64,000 nt of DNA. It comes from Epiperipatus broadwayi. Taxonomy: Eukaryota > Animalia > Onychophora. Positions 37,696 to 50,955 of this stretch are shown here, one piece after another. Each line of letters begins with the position of its first letter. Position 1 is the stretch's first letter. The translations under genes and the position numbers were made by a program. The stretch is from assembly GCA_028023455.1 (NCBI GenBank), contig JAQFVV010000001.1, positions 11,594,001 to 11,658,000 of the forward strand. The letters are read 5' to 3'. Under the pieces are notes generated by a model. The model worked only from the letters and a program-made list of their open reading frames with translations. It made no database searches and was not told the origin of the DNA.

Positions 37696-37905
37696 ATATA
37701 TATAAAAGCTCGCAAATAAGCTCTTAACAAGCTTTGCAGAATACTCCCAATCCCAGACCAGTTTCTGCTACTGGCATCCTCAGTGAGGTAGCAGAAACCG
37801 GTCTGAAGTTGGGGATATTCTGCAAAGCTTGTTAAGAGCTTATTTAGAGCTCTTATATATAACATTTGTAATACAAGCTTATTAAATTAGGTCATGTGAC
37901 ATCTG
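37696..37905. mobile_element. Fold-back fragment of the hammerhead element family
   Basis: Arms 37696-37771 and 37788-37860 around a 16-nt loop. The right arm continues into family sequence (TATAACATTTGTAATACAAGCTT...GTCATGTGA) also seen at 53218-53265. Confidence 0.85.
37752..37788 (-). ncRNA. Minimal type I hammerhead ribozyme (core intact)
   Basis: CCUCA CUGAGGA UGC cagua GCA GAAA C UG G UC^UGGG. Confidence 0.75.
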
Positions 37906-38714
37906 ACGATTGTTTTTGTAATGAAAATTATTTATATGAGCAGTGAATAAATCTGTGTTCAACTACCCAAATTTATATACACATATAAAACAATAACACA
38001 TAATTGTGACAACTTATTTCAGTTATTTATCATGTGTTTGCCTGTGATCTGTATCATATGTTGATTTGTTAAATATTTCATTTATGAACTTATGCAAAAA
38101 CTTGATATGACTATTTCAAACTAATATAAATAATTATACTTCTTATAAATTGCACAGGATAAATATATCCTGCAAATATTCTATAAAACATCCTGTCTCA
38201 CCATTTCATTATCTTTAAAGTGGAAAACATCTTTATACTATCAAGAATACATATACTTCTCATTGTTTTTATATAAAATATTTTATTGATCTTTACTTGA
38301 GATATAAAATAAATATTATTATATTCATCAGCAAGATTGTTGTGGCTAGCATATATCACAATTATTGTATAAGTAAAATATATGTTTCTCTAAGCTTATG
38401 CAGAATATACAATAATACATCTGTTTAACTTACACATAAAACATTGAGGTCATCATAATCTTCTAGTATAAATTTAATATAATCTTAGGTGTTCCTTCTT
38501 TAATGATTAATCAAGTAAATAAATGAATCATAAAGCAGTGATTAGTAAATATATTTCTTTAAGCCAACAAACATCACATGACCTCCACTTCTTATGCTTG
38601 TGTATAACTGTTGTTAAAACAGGCAAAACTCACTAAACATATTGCCACACACAGCAAGCTAGAGTAATCAATGGATGCCAGAAAATCCTCATCTAGTGCC
38701 TACTCATCCAATAT

Positions 38715-38754
38715 CCCCAGACTAGTTTTTGGCTTGTGGCCTTCGTCAGTGAGG
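38715..38754 (-). ncRNA. Minimal hammerhead, left arm (G12A)
   Basis: CCUCA CUGACGA AGGC cacaa GCCA AAAA C UA G UC UGGGG. Confidence 0.7.
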
Positions 38755-38925
38755 AGCCTTGGATCTGAGAACACTGCACCTAGATCTTACGATTTTGGAT
38801 TGAAAACATTAAGATGTTTTCAGTTTAAGACTCGAAGTTTTGTAATTAAGTGGAGATAAAATGTGGCTGCTGGAGGGTTGCATTAGATCATAAGATCTAG
38901 GTGCAGTGCTCTCAGATCCAAGGCT

Positions 38926-38965
38926 CCTCACTGATGAAGGCCACAAGCCAGAAACTAGTCTGGGG
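38926..38965 (+). ncRNA. Minimal type I hammerhead, right arm (core intact)
   Basis: CCUCA CUGAUGA AGGC cacaa GCCA GAAA C UA G UC^UGGGG. Helix III is the palindrome ACUAGU. There is an A.A mismatch at the base of helix II. Confidence 0.8.
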
Positions 38966-39277
38966 ATATTGGATAAGTAGGCACTAGATGGGGATTTTAT
39001 ACACAAGTCTTTTGGCATCCATTGATTACTCTAGCTTGCTGTGTGTGGCAATATGTATAGTGAGTTTTGCCTGTTTTAAATATATTTCTTCTTGCATTAA
39101 AAAAAAGTATCTAATTTCATGAAATAATGTTTATTTTACTCAAAGTGTAATATTATTATTCTACTACTCAGTTTTTTTTATATGTATGCCTGACTAATAA
39201 ACATGGAAATATACATTGCAAAAATTGATATTTATAAGCATATATTTTCTTTTTATATTTATTTTAAAGACCATAAA

Positions 39278-39420
39278 TATGAGGGAGTAACCAAAATCAA
39301 CTGGAATTTTATAATAAAAAATCTCTTTCAAATTACTATCCATCTGGTGCAATACAACAGTCTAAATGTGTATTTCATTTTTCAATGTAGTCTGGAAACA
39401 CTTGCAAAGTGATACCTTTT
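39278..39420. mobile_element. Possible mariner-like end relic
   Basis: TATGAGGGAGTAACCAAAATCAACTGGAAT resembles mariner TACGAGGG... TIRs. No partner TIR was found. Confidence 0.3.
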
Positions 39421-39870
39421 AATGATTGTGGTGTAAAAAAAAATTGAGAAATTTTTTTCATTCAAGAGATTAAAAAAAAATCACACAAAATGTGATCAAG
39501 AAAATATGACTGCTAGATAAGTTGGATCTGCTGAATTTAATTTAAAAATTAGTTTACACTCAAAGCTTTGAAAGATGACACTTTGTCAGGATGAAGCTTA
39601 TACTCTTTTCTTTGTCACAAAACAAGATGTTTACATTTTATCACATCATTTAATGTTTCAGTACTTGCAGATAAAATGCCTGACCATTATGAATTAAATC
39701 TGAGAGAAAAATACCATTTGCATCTTTAAAAAAAATAGTGTTGTTTTGATTTTGGATTTCACATGCAATGATTTTTAGGATGTAGTATATTTAACATTTC
39801 ACTTAAACCACTCATAAACTTGTGTTTTTATGAGACTAATTTAGTTGTAATCTGTTTCAAGCATTACAAG

Positions 39871-40927
39871 TATTTTCCCCGCCATTTTCTGTAAACAAAA
39901 AAAGAAAATCGATAAATACATAAAACGCACTTTACAAAAAATGTGCTACATGGTACCACAATTTCACGATGTCATTTGGCAGATTGATGCAGAAAGATGT
40001 AACAATATAAGCATATACTACAACAGGCATACAAACCAGAGAATGATTCTGGTTAGTTTTGGATCCCCCCTTATAATATACAAGTAAAAAACTACTAAAT
40101 GACATGCTTATAATTGATTATTTCTTTTAAGACTTCCATATATTGGCAAATGTATGTATATAAAATTAATTAAAACATTTTTTTATAGAAAAAATTTTAG
40201 TGTTATTCTTAGAATTGAATTTTTTTTTAAAAATGAAATACTATCATCAGAAGTATAGTAAATGTAACCTCGGCATTAATATTTTGAAATACATAAAGAA
40301 AATAATCCCATTTATATCACTTCATTCTTTTATAAAGTGTACTATTAAGAATTGTTTATTCGTTTTTCTAAAGTCTGGTATCTTTTTTCTTCAGACTTTT
40401 GGGATTTGAGAATGACACTCCTAATGACATTGTTTTCTTATTGAAGGAGTTATTACTAAGATTATTCTCTTTTACATTGGCTCAGAAAAGAAGAAAATTA
40501 ATAACTATTGAATTATAATAGAATAATTACAAAATGAATTATAAGTTGAATGGTATACCTTTTAATTTAGTCAATTTCTCTAAGTTCTGCTGATGACAGG
40601 GATACAAATTCTCTTCCCCTTCTTCCTTTTTTTTAGAAATTCATTGTATTCATCAATTCTCAATAAAAATATGTATGAGGAGGGACCCAAAAATAACTGA
40701 AATTGTTCTCTGGTTTGCATGCCTGTTGTAGTATTTGCTTCCACTGTTACACACTTCTTAAGGAACCCTTCTGCATCAATCTGACAAATGACATCACCAT
40801 GTGAAAATGTGATACCACATAGCACTTTTTTTTTTATAAAGTGAATTTTGCATATTTGTTAATTTTTATTATGACTGAAAAGTTTGAATAATGGCAAATT
40901 CTGTTTTCGTTTACAGAGGGAAAACAG
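39871..40927. mobile_element. Old MITE-like element with long diverged TIRs (~220-260 bp)
   Basis: 39871-40095 is the reverse complement of 40660-40927, with shared blocks GATGTCATTTG.CAGATTGATGCAGAA and TACTACAACAGGCAT.CAAACCAGAGAA. Confidence 0.7.
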
Positions 40928-42604
40928 TTGTAATACTTGAAACAGATTACAAGCAAGCTGATCTCATAAAAACACAAGTTTATGAGTGGTTTAATTGAAA
41001 TATTAAATTCACTTCTTCTCTTTAAAAAGCATTGCAAATGAGATACAGTCAAAACAACACTGACTTTTTTTAAAGTCACAAACAGTATTTTTCTCTTATA
41101 TTTGGTTTGAAACTGTTGGGTTTTTATCTGCAAGTTCTGAAACATTTATATAATGTGGGTAAAATGTAAATGGCTTATTTTGTGGCAAAAAAAAGAGTGC
41201 AAGCTTTACCCTGACAAAGCATCATCTCTCAAAACTTTGAGTGTGAAACACTTTTTAATTAAATTCAGCATGTTCCAGCTTATCTATCAGCAATATTTGC
41301 TCGATCCATTTTATGCAATTCTTTTAAATCTCTTTAAAAATGCCTATTTTAAGGCATCACTTTGCAAGTGTTTCTGAACTACTTTGAAAAATGAGAAACA
41401 TGTTTTTACCAGTGTATTGCATCAAATGGATAATAATTTGAAAGAGATTAAATTTATAACACTTAAAAATTAATAAACAATTTTTAAATATAAAATTTCA
41501 GTTATTTTTGGGTACCCCCTCATATTTCTTTTATTATCAATCCTAAAGACATAACTTTTCTGCTCTTTTTCACTACAAAAGTATATATTATTTTATTCTA
41601 TATTAGTGTTCCTCACATAATAGTCTATTAAAATCAAGAATCATCATCCAGCACTTGTCATTTAACATTCTATTAACAAAAGTGATTACTGCAAATAAAA
41701 ATAAAAGAAATTTTATATATATTTAATTATTAATTAGAAGGAATTTTCTTAATTATTAAGATTTTGATCATTAATACTATTATTCTTTGTAATAAAACAA
41801 ATGTCTGTAATGTGCATGCTTACATTTATTCTACATCCACATCTCTTGATCAAGTTTTTTTTATCTGCAATTTAAGATGAAAATTATTTTAATATTTTAG
41901 TAACTATTATTTATTTATAACAAAATTATATGATTTAATTATCTTAAAGAAAAATTAATTAAATAATATATTAATTTTTTTCTTTTACTATTCTCTTCCT
42001 TACTAAATTGCCATTTTGAACTAACTACTTTAATATATAAAAATATGTCATCAATATATCAATTTACAAAACTATTACCAAAATTTTAATAAATATTTAC
42101 TGTTTTACATTTTCCCCAATATTGTGTGAAAGAAAATTAAAACAGAAAGAATAAAATTTTATTACCATTATTATTAACCCAAGTGCACTATTTTTTTCTA
42201 AGCTTCTTATTAGTATCTTAGTTCATAGATCATTATTTTCAGATTGGAAGTGGCCTTGAGGTAATTTCTTTGATTTTTTTAAATTTTAAATATTTGTTTA
42301 CTGAAGGTTTGTGATGATCACATTTTAGTTGTATTTATATGGTGGACTATTTTCATCTTCTAATATTAAATATTGATCGTCTTTAGAAAAATATAATTTT
42401 ATTTAAATTTTCCAATTATATTCAATTGTTAGTAATAGTAGACAGGTTAATGTACATATTAACTTGTGTGTTATTACTAACAGTTGAATGTAATTGGAAA
42501 ATTTAAATAAAGTTAATTTTTTAAAAGACATTCGATATTTAAAATTAAATTATATAAAGTCAAACATATAAATACAATTAAAATATTTAGATTTTAATAA
42601 CTGT

Positions 42605-44505
42605 TTTCAACCATTCTTAATCCATTTTAGATTGAAGAACTCTCTGTAATCATATCAGAAAATTTATTTAATCCACACAGTAATTTCTTTTTAGGTCTTT
42701 TACAATGTCTTGGGTTCCAGTTTAGGACTTCATCTGTCCATTTATTTATTTTTCTAGCAATATGTCCAACTAACCCCATTTCATTTCTACCAAAAGTATT
42801 TCTAATTTAATTTTATGATTAATTTTGTCCTTTATGTTGCTGTCTGTATTAATAATCTGACCAAGATATTTGTAATTATGTATTTCAGCTAATTCATCAT
42901 TATCAACCTTTATTTTCTTCTGAGAAAATCTAAACATTATTTTAGACTTTTTAGTATTTGTCTTTAATTCTACTTTCATTTGATAACTCCTGAAATATTT
43001 CCTGAAGCATTATTTGTAAAAACAACCACATCATCTGCAAAATTTAGATGGCATAAAATAATTTTCATTTACTTTTAGTATCTTAGCTTCCCATTTTAAT
43101 CTATACAGTATGTCTTATAAAACTGTGATTAAAAGGTTTGGAGATATGGAATCACCCTGACACATATTCTTCACAAAGTTAATCTTAATATAACTATATA
43201 ATCTAATCACTGTTGTTGAATTTTGAGAAATGCTGATAGAATCAAATTATTTTTCATAATCTATAAATGCAAAAAATAATGGCAACTAATGTTTATTGGT
43301 CCTTTCTATAACTTCTCTGAATATATGAATGTCATTCACCATATTAAAACCACTTTTAAATCCAGATTGTTCTATTGGTTGGCTAAAATCCATATAGAGT
43401 TGTAATTATCTTGGTAAACAATTTATACATTTAGATATTTTAGCACATTACCAATCATTTTTCTATTTCTTCATCAGTTTCTTTTAAAATTTCAATAAAA
43501 TCCCATTATTTGAAGCCTTTCTCTTCTTTATAGATTTAATTGTATGTCTCATTTCATTTAGAATCTGGCATTTAAGAAGATATAGTAATTTCTAAGGGAT
43601 ACTTTTTCTAATTCTTTATTATTATATAATTCTTTATAGAAATCTTCCATATTTTTTATATGACATCTCTATTTTTAGTTCTAATCCCAATTTTTACTAT
43701 TGCGGAAATAAGTTTCTTACCAATTCCAAGATGTTGCTTTACACTTTTGAGATTTTAATTCTCTTCTATAATTTTCCTCAGTAATTCATAATAATATTTT
43801 ATATTATTAATTCTTTTCTGTACTATTTTATAAGTCTAAATATTCAATTCTTCTTAAGGGCATCATTTATATATTTTTTTCATATTCATTCTTTTCTTCA
43901 TATATTCTTGTTTCAGTAAAAGATTTACTGGTAAATTGCTTTTTAGATCACTTATCATTATTACAGTTCTTAATATTTTATCAGTTATCTCCCTAATGAT
44001 TTCATTAAAATCTGAGCTAACTTTAAAATCTCTTGCTATTTTAAAATAATTTGCATGTTCTAATTTAAATTCATTGGAATGTCTCTGAAAATTGAATATC
44101 AACTGTGAATATTGTTTTTCTTAATAATTTTCATTTCTCTAGTTTTGCATTAACACATATTTTACATATTAATTGATAACTTTCTATTTTGAATCTATTA
44201 AGAACATTACAAACTTGAAATAAATATTTTCTGTTAGTCAAAATGTAATCCAATTCTGCTATATTTCATTTAGATACTTTCATGTCCATTTAGCATTTTT
44301 CTTAAAGAAAAAAGATCACAATATAGTTTACTTTTTCTGTGAACTCTGCAATGCTATCTATGTCTTCTATCATTTTTATTATCAAAACCAAATTTACCTG
44401 CAGTATTTTCATCTTTCAATCATTTACCAATTCTAGCATTAAATGTCTCCCATGACAATTTTAAAATTATTGATCTAATCAAAAGAATTTTCTAAATCCA
44501 TATTG
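42605..44505 (-). mobile_element. Decayed, internally deleted RTE LINE copy (same family as 12872-15835)
   Basis: Colinear similarity from the RT C-terminus through the linker to the APE MGDF region. ORF remnants EIHNYKYLGQIINTDSNI and HSNEFKLEHAN. Confidence 0.85.
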
Positions 44506-44788
44506 AGATGAAATGATGTCATGGCAGACAATATGTGTGTGCATATATATTTAAAGCTTGAAAGAAATGATAGAAATGAACATAGACAAAATTGACTATG
44601 TATTTAAAATATATTCCGAGATAACTGAAGTATTGATTAAATAATTATTTTTGATATCTTTAAAGTAAATGTCACTTGACTCTTGCTTACATATTACTTT
44701 CTTAATAGCATATATTTTTCTTTCACCACTTCTATGCCAAATATTGTAAGCTTTAGTAAATAATAACTGCTACATATCACCAAGATAA

Positions 44789-44890
44789 TTTTAAGCTTAT
44801 GGCTTTCATTTATGAGGAACCTTGGAATTTAGAACAATGCACCTGGATTTTTAGAAACTAAGGCCAGCAGCCATCATTTTACCTCTCCAA
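44789..44890 (-). mobile_element. Decayed fragment of the second hammerhead subfamily
   Basis: Minus strand: CCUCA UAAAUGA AAGC cauaa GCUU AAAA. The upstream sequence matches 38850-38930. Confidence 0.6.
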
Positions 44891-45189
44891 TATATCAGCC
44901 AAAGTAAAAAACATATATTTTCAACCTTAACCAACTTAATTGTTTAGCCATATAAATGTGAAAAGTTTAGTTTTTATTCATTATGATGTCCTTAGTTTTC
45001 TAATAATTATATGCATTTCTATTCTGTGGCCAGATTTGATATAAATCAATATCACAATTCTATCTTACATACTATTATTTTAGCCGCTTACTTTTTTCTT
45101 TCACCTTTTCTTTGCCACGCACTGTAAGCTTTAATAATATATGCCAGATCATAGTGTTTAATAAATCCCTATTCTGTCTTATTCAATAT

Positions 45190-45229
45190 CCCCAGACTAG
45201 TTTCAAGCTTATGACTTGCATCAGTGAGG
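45190..45229 (-). ncRNA. Degenerate minimal hammerhead (A9C)
   Basis: CCUCA CUGAUGC AAGU cauaa GCUU GAAA C UA G UC UGGGG. Confidence 0.7.
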
Positions 45230-45528
45230 AACTTTAAAACAGTACTCATTGACCTTTAATATCTAATGCCTCTTTCTTCTGATAGTGATCATTGAAAAAA
45301 TTAAAAACATTATAATATATAAAAACTGAAATGCTTTCAAACTTATATGGCTATATGAATAAGTTGACAAAGATTGAAAACATTTATGTTTTTTTCCAGT
45401 TTGGATTGCCATCTTGATATTATAACAGAGGTAATTAATAGCTTTCCAGAGGAAGGTCCATTATATACTAAAGACTTAGATGCACTGTTTCAAGATCCAA
45501 AACTCCTCATCCTCACTGATGAAAGCCA

Positions 45529-46190
45529 CTACTTCATGCAGAAGTATGATTGTCAAGAGGGAAAATATTAAGACATTTCTAGAAACAAAAAATTCAGAAT
45601 TGAGAAATATTTTCTGTAACAATTGGATTGCTAAATTGGTTTACTTGTCAGATGTATTTTCATTAATAAATGAACTAAATTTAAGCCTACAAGGAAATAG
45701 TACTACTTTTGATTTATGGCATAAAATTGAGGCATGCAAGGTGTAGCATGTAGAAGAAAAAACTATTATTTCATTCACTTTCAGAATTGATAAATGAAGT
45801 CGATATAAATATCGGCGAATTGAACAATACTGTTTATGGACATTTGTTGTGTGTTTAATCAATATTATCCACAGGAAGAAAACAGAGAAATATGTGGATT
45901 TTAAATCCAATTATTGAACAAGAAAATACCCTAACTGATTTGAAATAGGAAATGGTTAAAATTAAAATCGAATACCCAGAATTACATGAAAAATACTTAA
46001 ATGTTTCTGCTGTTTTCAACCAGATACTTGTGTTAATCGATATTTTGGCAAATGACCCTCATAAAATGAAAAGGAAACATTTATTAATAAATCCAGATTT
46101 GTGCTTACCAACCACAAATATATCTTTAAGACTTGATAAGCTAATTACTAAAAAGAATCAGCAACAATTGCATTCATTTTTGCTTTTATA
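45529..46190 (+). mobile_element. hAT Buster/Charlie transposase relic (C-terminal half)
   Basis: LLHAEV*LSRGKILR, WIAKLVYLSDVFSLINELNLSLQG and EYPEL...DL...RLDKL match the Buster/ZBED5-type transposase. Multiple stops and frameshifts. Confidence 0.85.
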
Positions 46191-46365
46191 ATTACAATTA
46201 TGTTTTACAGTTATTTAAATATTGTTTTTCTTCAAATTTTATTACTTTAATATTTTGTAAGTTAATTTACTTTTGTATAATTTTGTCAATTATTGTTTTT
46301 TTTTTATTATCATTCTTTGAAATTATCTATATTGTAAGGATTGAAAGGATCAATCCTTATAGTTG

Positions 46366-46835
46366 ATTATAATGATATATATGTATGTGTTTAAAAATAA
46401 ACACTAAAAGAAGAGGATGATGAAAAAAAGCAGATTTTTTTTTATGCATAAAGTTCTGACTTATTTATTAATAAAAGATAATGAATATTTTTATTTGTTG
46501 GATATATATATATATATATTATATAATTAATTATTTAATAGACATCACAATATCTTTAAAGATGGTGGGAGAAAACATTTCAATTTTTTTTAAACATTAG
46601 ATTAGATCAATTCTTACAGTAGATTATGATATCAATATATATATATGTTTAAAAAAAACACTAAAAGGGGATGAAAGAAAGCAGATTTTTTATGCAAAAG
46701 TTCTGAGTTATTTATTAGTAAAAGATAATGGATATCTTTATTAGTTGATATATATTTTACTTTATAGAGTTAATTATTTAATACACATCATGAAATCTTT
46801 TAAGATAGAAAACATTTCAATTTTTTTAAAATTAT
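46366..46835. repeat. Diverged ~255-bp tandem duplication
   Basis: The blocks AACACTAAAAG...GCAGATTTTTT ATGCA.AAGTTCTGA.TTATTTATTA.TAAAAGATAATG occur twice. Confidence 0.75.
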
Positions 46836-49305
46836 TTTCATTATTTTATTTTTTATCTTTTTCTCTTTCCCATTCCCATGGTGGTTATTTGTTTATGATT
46901 GTAATTTTGGCAATGATAATGATATATGCAAAGTAAATAAAGAAATTACATGAAAATTACTTTAGAAGAATGCTAATAATAAAAAGGTTAAAATGAATAC
47001 AGATGAACTTATTTATCAAAAAGAGATTTGTGACTTTCAATTAGGTATTTATTTATTTGCATTTTGAAGTGTTTATATCTATTATAATTATCTTGGTTTT
47101 CTTTTTAAAAACGATTGTAAAATGTTAAAAAAAAAGATTTTTAAAAAATCGACAAACACTTGAATAAACAAGTTTAAATGCTTCACAAGAGGATATAAAG
47201 CTGAAAATGCTAGAGATCAGTGATGCAATAAAGAAAAGAATATATGAAGAAAGTGCTTTTAGCTTATTACTTAACTACTACTTTGTCTGTATAAGAAATA
47301 ATAACATACTTTGTTCTCGCTAGTTTTTTTATCTATCTAAAAAATTAAATGAACTCTATTTGAACCAAATATATATCAAAGAATGGATGAATAGAGAAAA
47401 CCAGCCGAGATTTATATCCTCTTGGCCTACCCCCCCCCCCAGCTTTTATCCAAAAGGGGCAGGAAATCATCAACAAGCATGCACCTGAAAGGAGAAACTA
47501 TCTTAAATGACCAGCCATGCCATGCCTGGAAGATAGAAATAAAATTGTGATAGTATCTCAAATAACTCCATTATTTTTATCAGTTTGTCTCAGCATGACA
47601 TGCAGAGAGGAAACTTAAAAAATCAGCTTCAACTATTCAAAAGTTGTGTTCATCAACAAAAAAACTGAAGTGTACACACATTTATTTCTTTTTTTTCTCT
47701 CTCTTTCTCATTAGTATATTGACAAACTGGGGCTCCATCAGGTATTTTTTTATAATATACATACACCTAATAGTGCAAAATAAATGGCATAAATGAATTT
47801 TTGCCAGCATTTGTGCTTGTCAAGACTATTTTAAATATTAAACATTTTGATGTGATTATCATTATTAATATATATATATATTTGGCAAATAATTTGCAGC
47901 CATTCAATAATCACGAAATATATTTGAAGAATAGATCTACTGTTTTATATTTGAGCATTTATATGCATAAACATAGGAATTCCTATAGTATTTATAAGAG
48001 ATTATTATAAGAAAGTACTTATCAGAGCTGCTATAACTTGAGGATAAAAACTCTTACTAGATTTTTAGAAATTAAACAATACAGGTGGATGTATCAATAA
48101 TTTTGCCATATTTGATGGCCATTTGTGAAATAAAAGTGATTATTTTAAGAGAATCTGTATTTGTGCACCCAAGTCCAAAGTGAATCTTAGTATTTTTTGT
48201 ATTGCAGAATTAGTATAATCCTGTCTTAAAGAATGAATCTCTGACCTTATAAACTATTTGATGTTAGCAAATGCTATTATTATTATTATTATGCTTTATT
48301 TATTCTTAGGAAATAAATAATATTCATTCAGACACAAATGTAACTTAAATAAATATATCATTACCAAATGTTGTTCAACATAGATTTCACAGAAATAGCT
48401 GAAAAATCTATGAAATAAAATGGATATTATGCTTTGTTACTGTTGCCACTCTAGAAAGAAAAGAGAATACATATAAATAGAAGATAAACCACTTGTTTTA
48501 TTTAAAGTGACTTTGTGTAATTTTCATTTTTTAATCTCATAATTTATCTGTATATGTGGGTAATATTGCAATACTTGATTTTGATAACTTAATTACTTAA
48601 CCCTAAGAATATTACTTGCACAAACATCAATAAGTAGCTATATTATTTAATATTAATATTTTTAAAATAATAAATAAATTCTTAATATTTAGTTGTTTGT
48701 AAATATGATTTACATCCAATAAAATATCATCTTTGTTTCTATTTTCTATTTAACAAGTAATCAGATCTCATTAATGACTATTAACACTAAACCCTAAGAG
48801 TAACCAAGTAAAGTTTAGAGAGATAATAAGGTTGGATACATTCTTTTAGTTTATATTATGAGTTTGATTTGTTTAATTATAGGATATCATTTTAAAAGCT
48901 GGGCCATTCCCATATCAAGTGCCAGTAATTTGATGTATGAATGAGAAAACTTATTCTCTGTTTGCCTATTATTTAATTAAAAGAACCCAACTATTCATCC
49001 TTTCTCATTCCCAGTTATATAATATTAAAATTTGGCTTCCAAATCCACAGGGCAATTTGAGATATTGGCTTCCTACTTTTCCACTATTACATTTTGGGCA
49101 TTATTAAATCAGATCCTTCTCCACTTTCGTACCATTACAATATATTAAATTTGTTAAACACTACAATAATTCTATTTTACTATAAAAACAACTGTCCTTT
49201 CTTCAATTTTTTTTGTTCAATACTTCATTTGGTCCATAATAAAAAAAAATATTGGTCAGCAGCATATAGTCAGTTGAGAAACACTGTTACAGAGCACTTA
49301 TCAAA

Positions 49306-49412
49306 CCTTTCATTTATTTTTATTTCTAATCAATCAATTTATTAATCATGATTTTAGACCTTTCATTTATTTTTATTATTTCTAATCAGTATATTTATTA
49401 ATCATGATTTTA
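49306..49412. repeat. ~52-bp tandem duplication
   Basis: ACCTTT(T)CATTTATTTTTATTTCTAATCA...ATTTATTAATCATGATTTTA occurs twice. Confidence 0.8.
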
Positions 49413-50569
49413 AATTATTCCAGTGAAATTTTTGACTGATAAGATTGTTCCCCCCCCCCCTGTTATTACTTTAATCAGGGTAATTTTGACTTAATGGTGT
49501 GAAAACGTGTTTGTATAGCCCTTTTAGAATTATTTTTAAGATATCCCTAAAGTTATGTCAATTTTAATTTAGTTTATTAAAGGCCAATTAAATCATGATA
49601 TCACATTAATGATGATCAGCATTGATATAATGAATCCAATATTTTTGATATAGTATTACTTTTTTAATCAACTGACCAGATAGTAAGAAAAAATATATTT
49701 GGAAGAAAATAAAGAGTAAAAGATTTTAAATTTCCAGAGGATAGAAATTCTAGATATAATTTCTTAGAATTGTTATATCATTCATAATACTTGTTCTAGC
49801 ATTACACAATATAATGAAATTGCCAAATATAATTTTTTAATGAAGTGAAAATTTTAGTGTTTTCAAGGAGTTAAAGCATTTGTATAATTAGGACTGTTAA
49901 AATAACTGTTTGTGATGTTAATTTATAATGAAAATGTGTTTGTATGCTCATATAACATATATGTTTAGCATATTATCTCTATCTTGTTAAAACAGAATAT
50001 TGGCCTATAGATTTAATGAATTTATTACCAAATTAAGTAATATTTTACAATGTAACACACATAGTGTGTGTACATAGCTATGCATACCACATATATCAAA
50101 ATCCATCCTGGCATATTATTAAAATAAAATATTAGCTTAATAGTTATTAAAATATTTTGTATTATTATGTATAACAACTATATGCTTAAACATGTGTTAT
50201 GTAAACTATTTATATATCTTTAAATTTGAGTTATGGAAATATCCGATATTTGTAAATAGTTGAAGATCATCTTCATGATACCAAATAGTCCATAGTTTTT
50301 AGTTATTTTTAGCACTTATGTATATACATGTAAATGAAATAGTTGATTGCTTTTATAATATGCCTAAATTTGGCATTAGTTAGATATGATTAGCCTAAGA
50401 TTTTATAGAGTACTTCTTTTAATTCCAGTCATAAATGATGACTATTGCTGAGAATACTATGTTTTATCACTTAGATGCTTCAAATGCTGATTCTTTGCTC
50501 ATTTTCACTATTATTTATTTGATGTTTATTGCATCACTTCTGCTACCTCCTTATTTCATACTATTACAA

Positions 50570-50955
50570 TATAAAAATCCTCTATTTCATCACAATGAAA
50601 ACTTATTGGCTTGTTGGGATATAAATTTGAACTATCTGCCCTTGGTATCTTCTATTAAGTTTGAATAACTAATCTTGTCAATCTATCTGATACACTATCA
50701 ATCTCAACAAAGTTGTTCTTACACTTTTATTTTTAATGACTCATACGCTGCTTACGCTTCCAATATTAGTGCTTTTGCAGTAAACTACTTATCCATTTTT
50801 AAATCAATTACCTCTTCATCTTTTCTTCTAACTCAAAAAGTCCAATAATGTACCAATTAATATTAGACATTTCTTCTTCCAATTCATGAAATCTTCCTTC
50901 ACTTGTAAATGAACTACAGTTGTATCTAAATAAGTTTCATTGAATGGCAGTCTAG
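50570..50955 (-). mobile_element. RTE endonuclease-region relic
   Basis: Colinear with 15345-15730 of the young RTE, e.g. AATCTTCCTTCACTTG and AGTCCAATAATGT. Confidence 0.8.

Larger units (their letters stand above)
38614..39079. mobile_element. Long inverted repeat of a second hammerhead element subfamily
   Basis: Arms 38614-38793 and 38887-39079 differ by about 7 substitutions plus a 13-bp indel. Each arm has one hammerhead, in divergent orientation. Confidence 0.9.

Noticed and set aside
42310-42330. C-box-like GTGATGA in a dispersed repeat
   Set aside because: No D box or terminal stem, so not a snoRNA.
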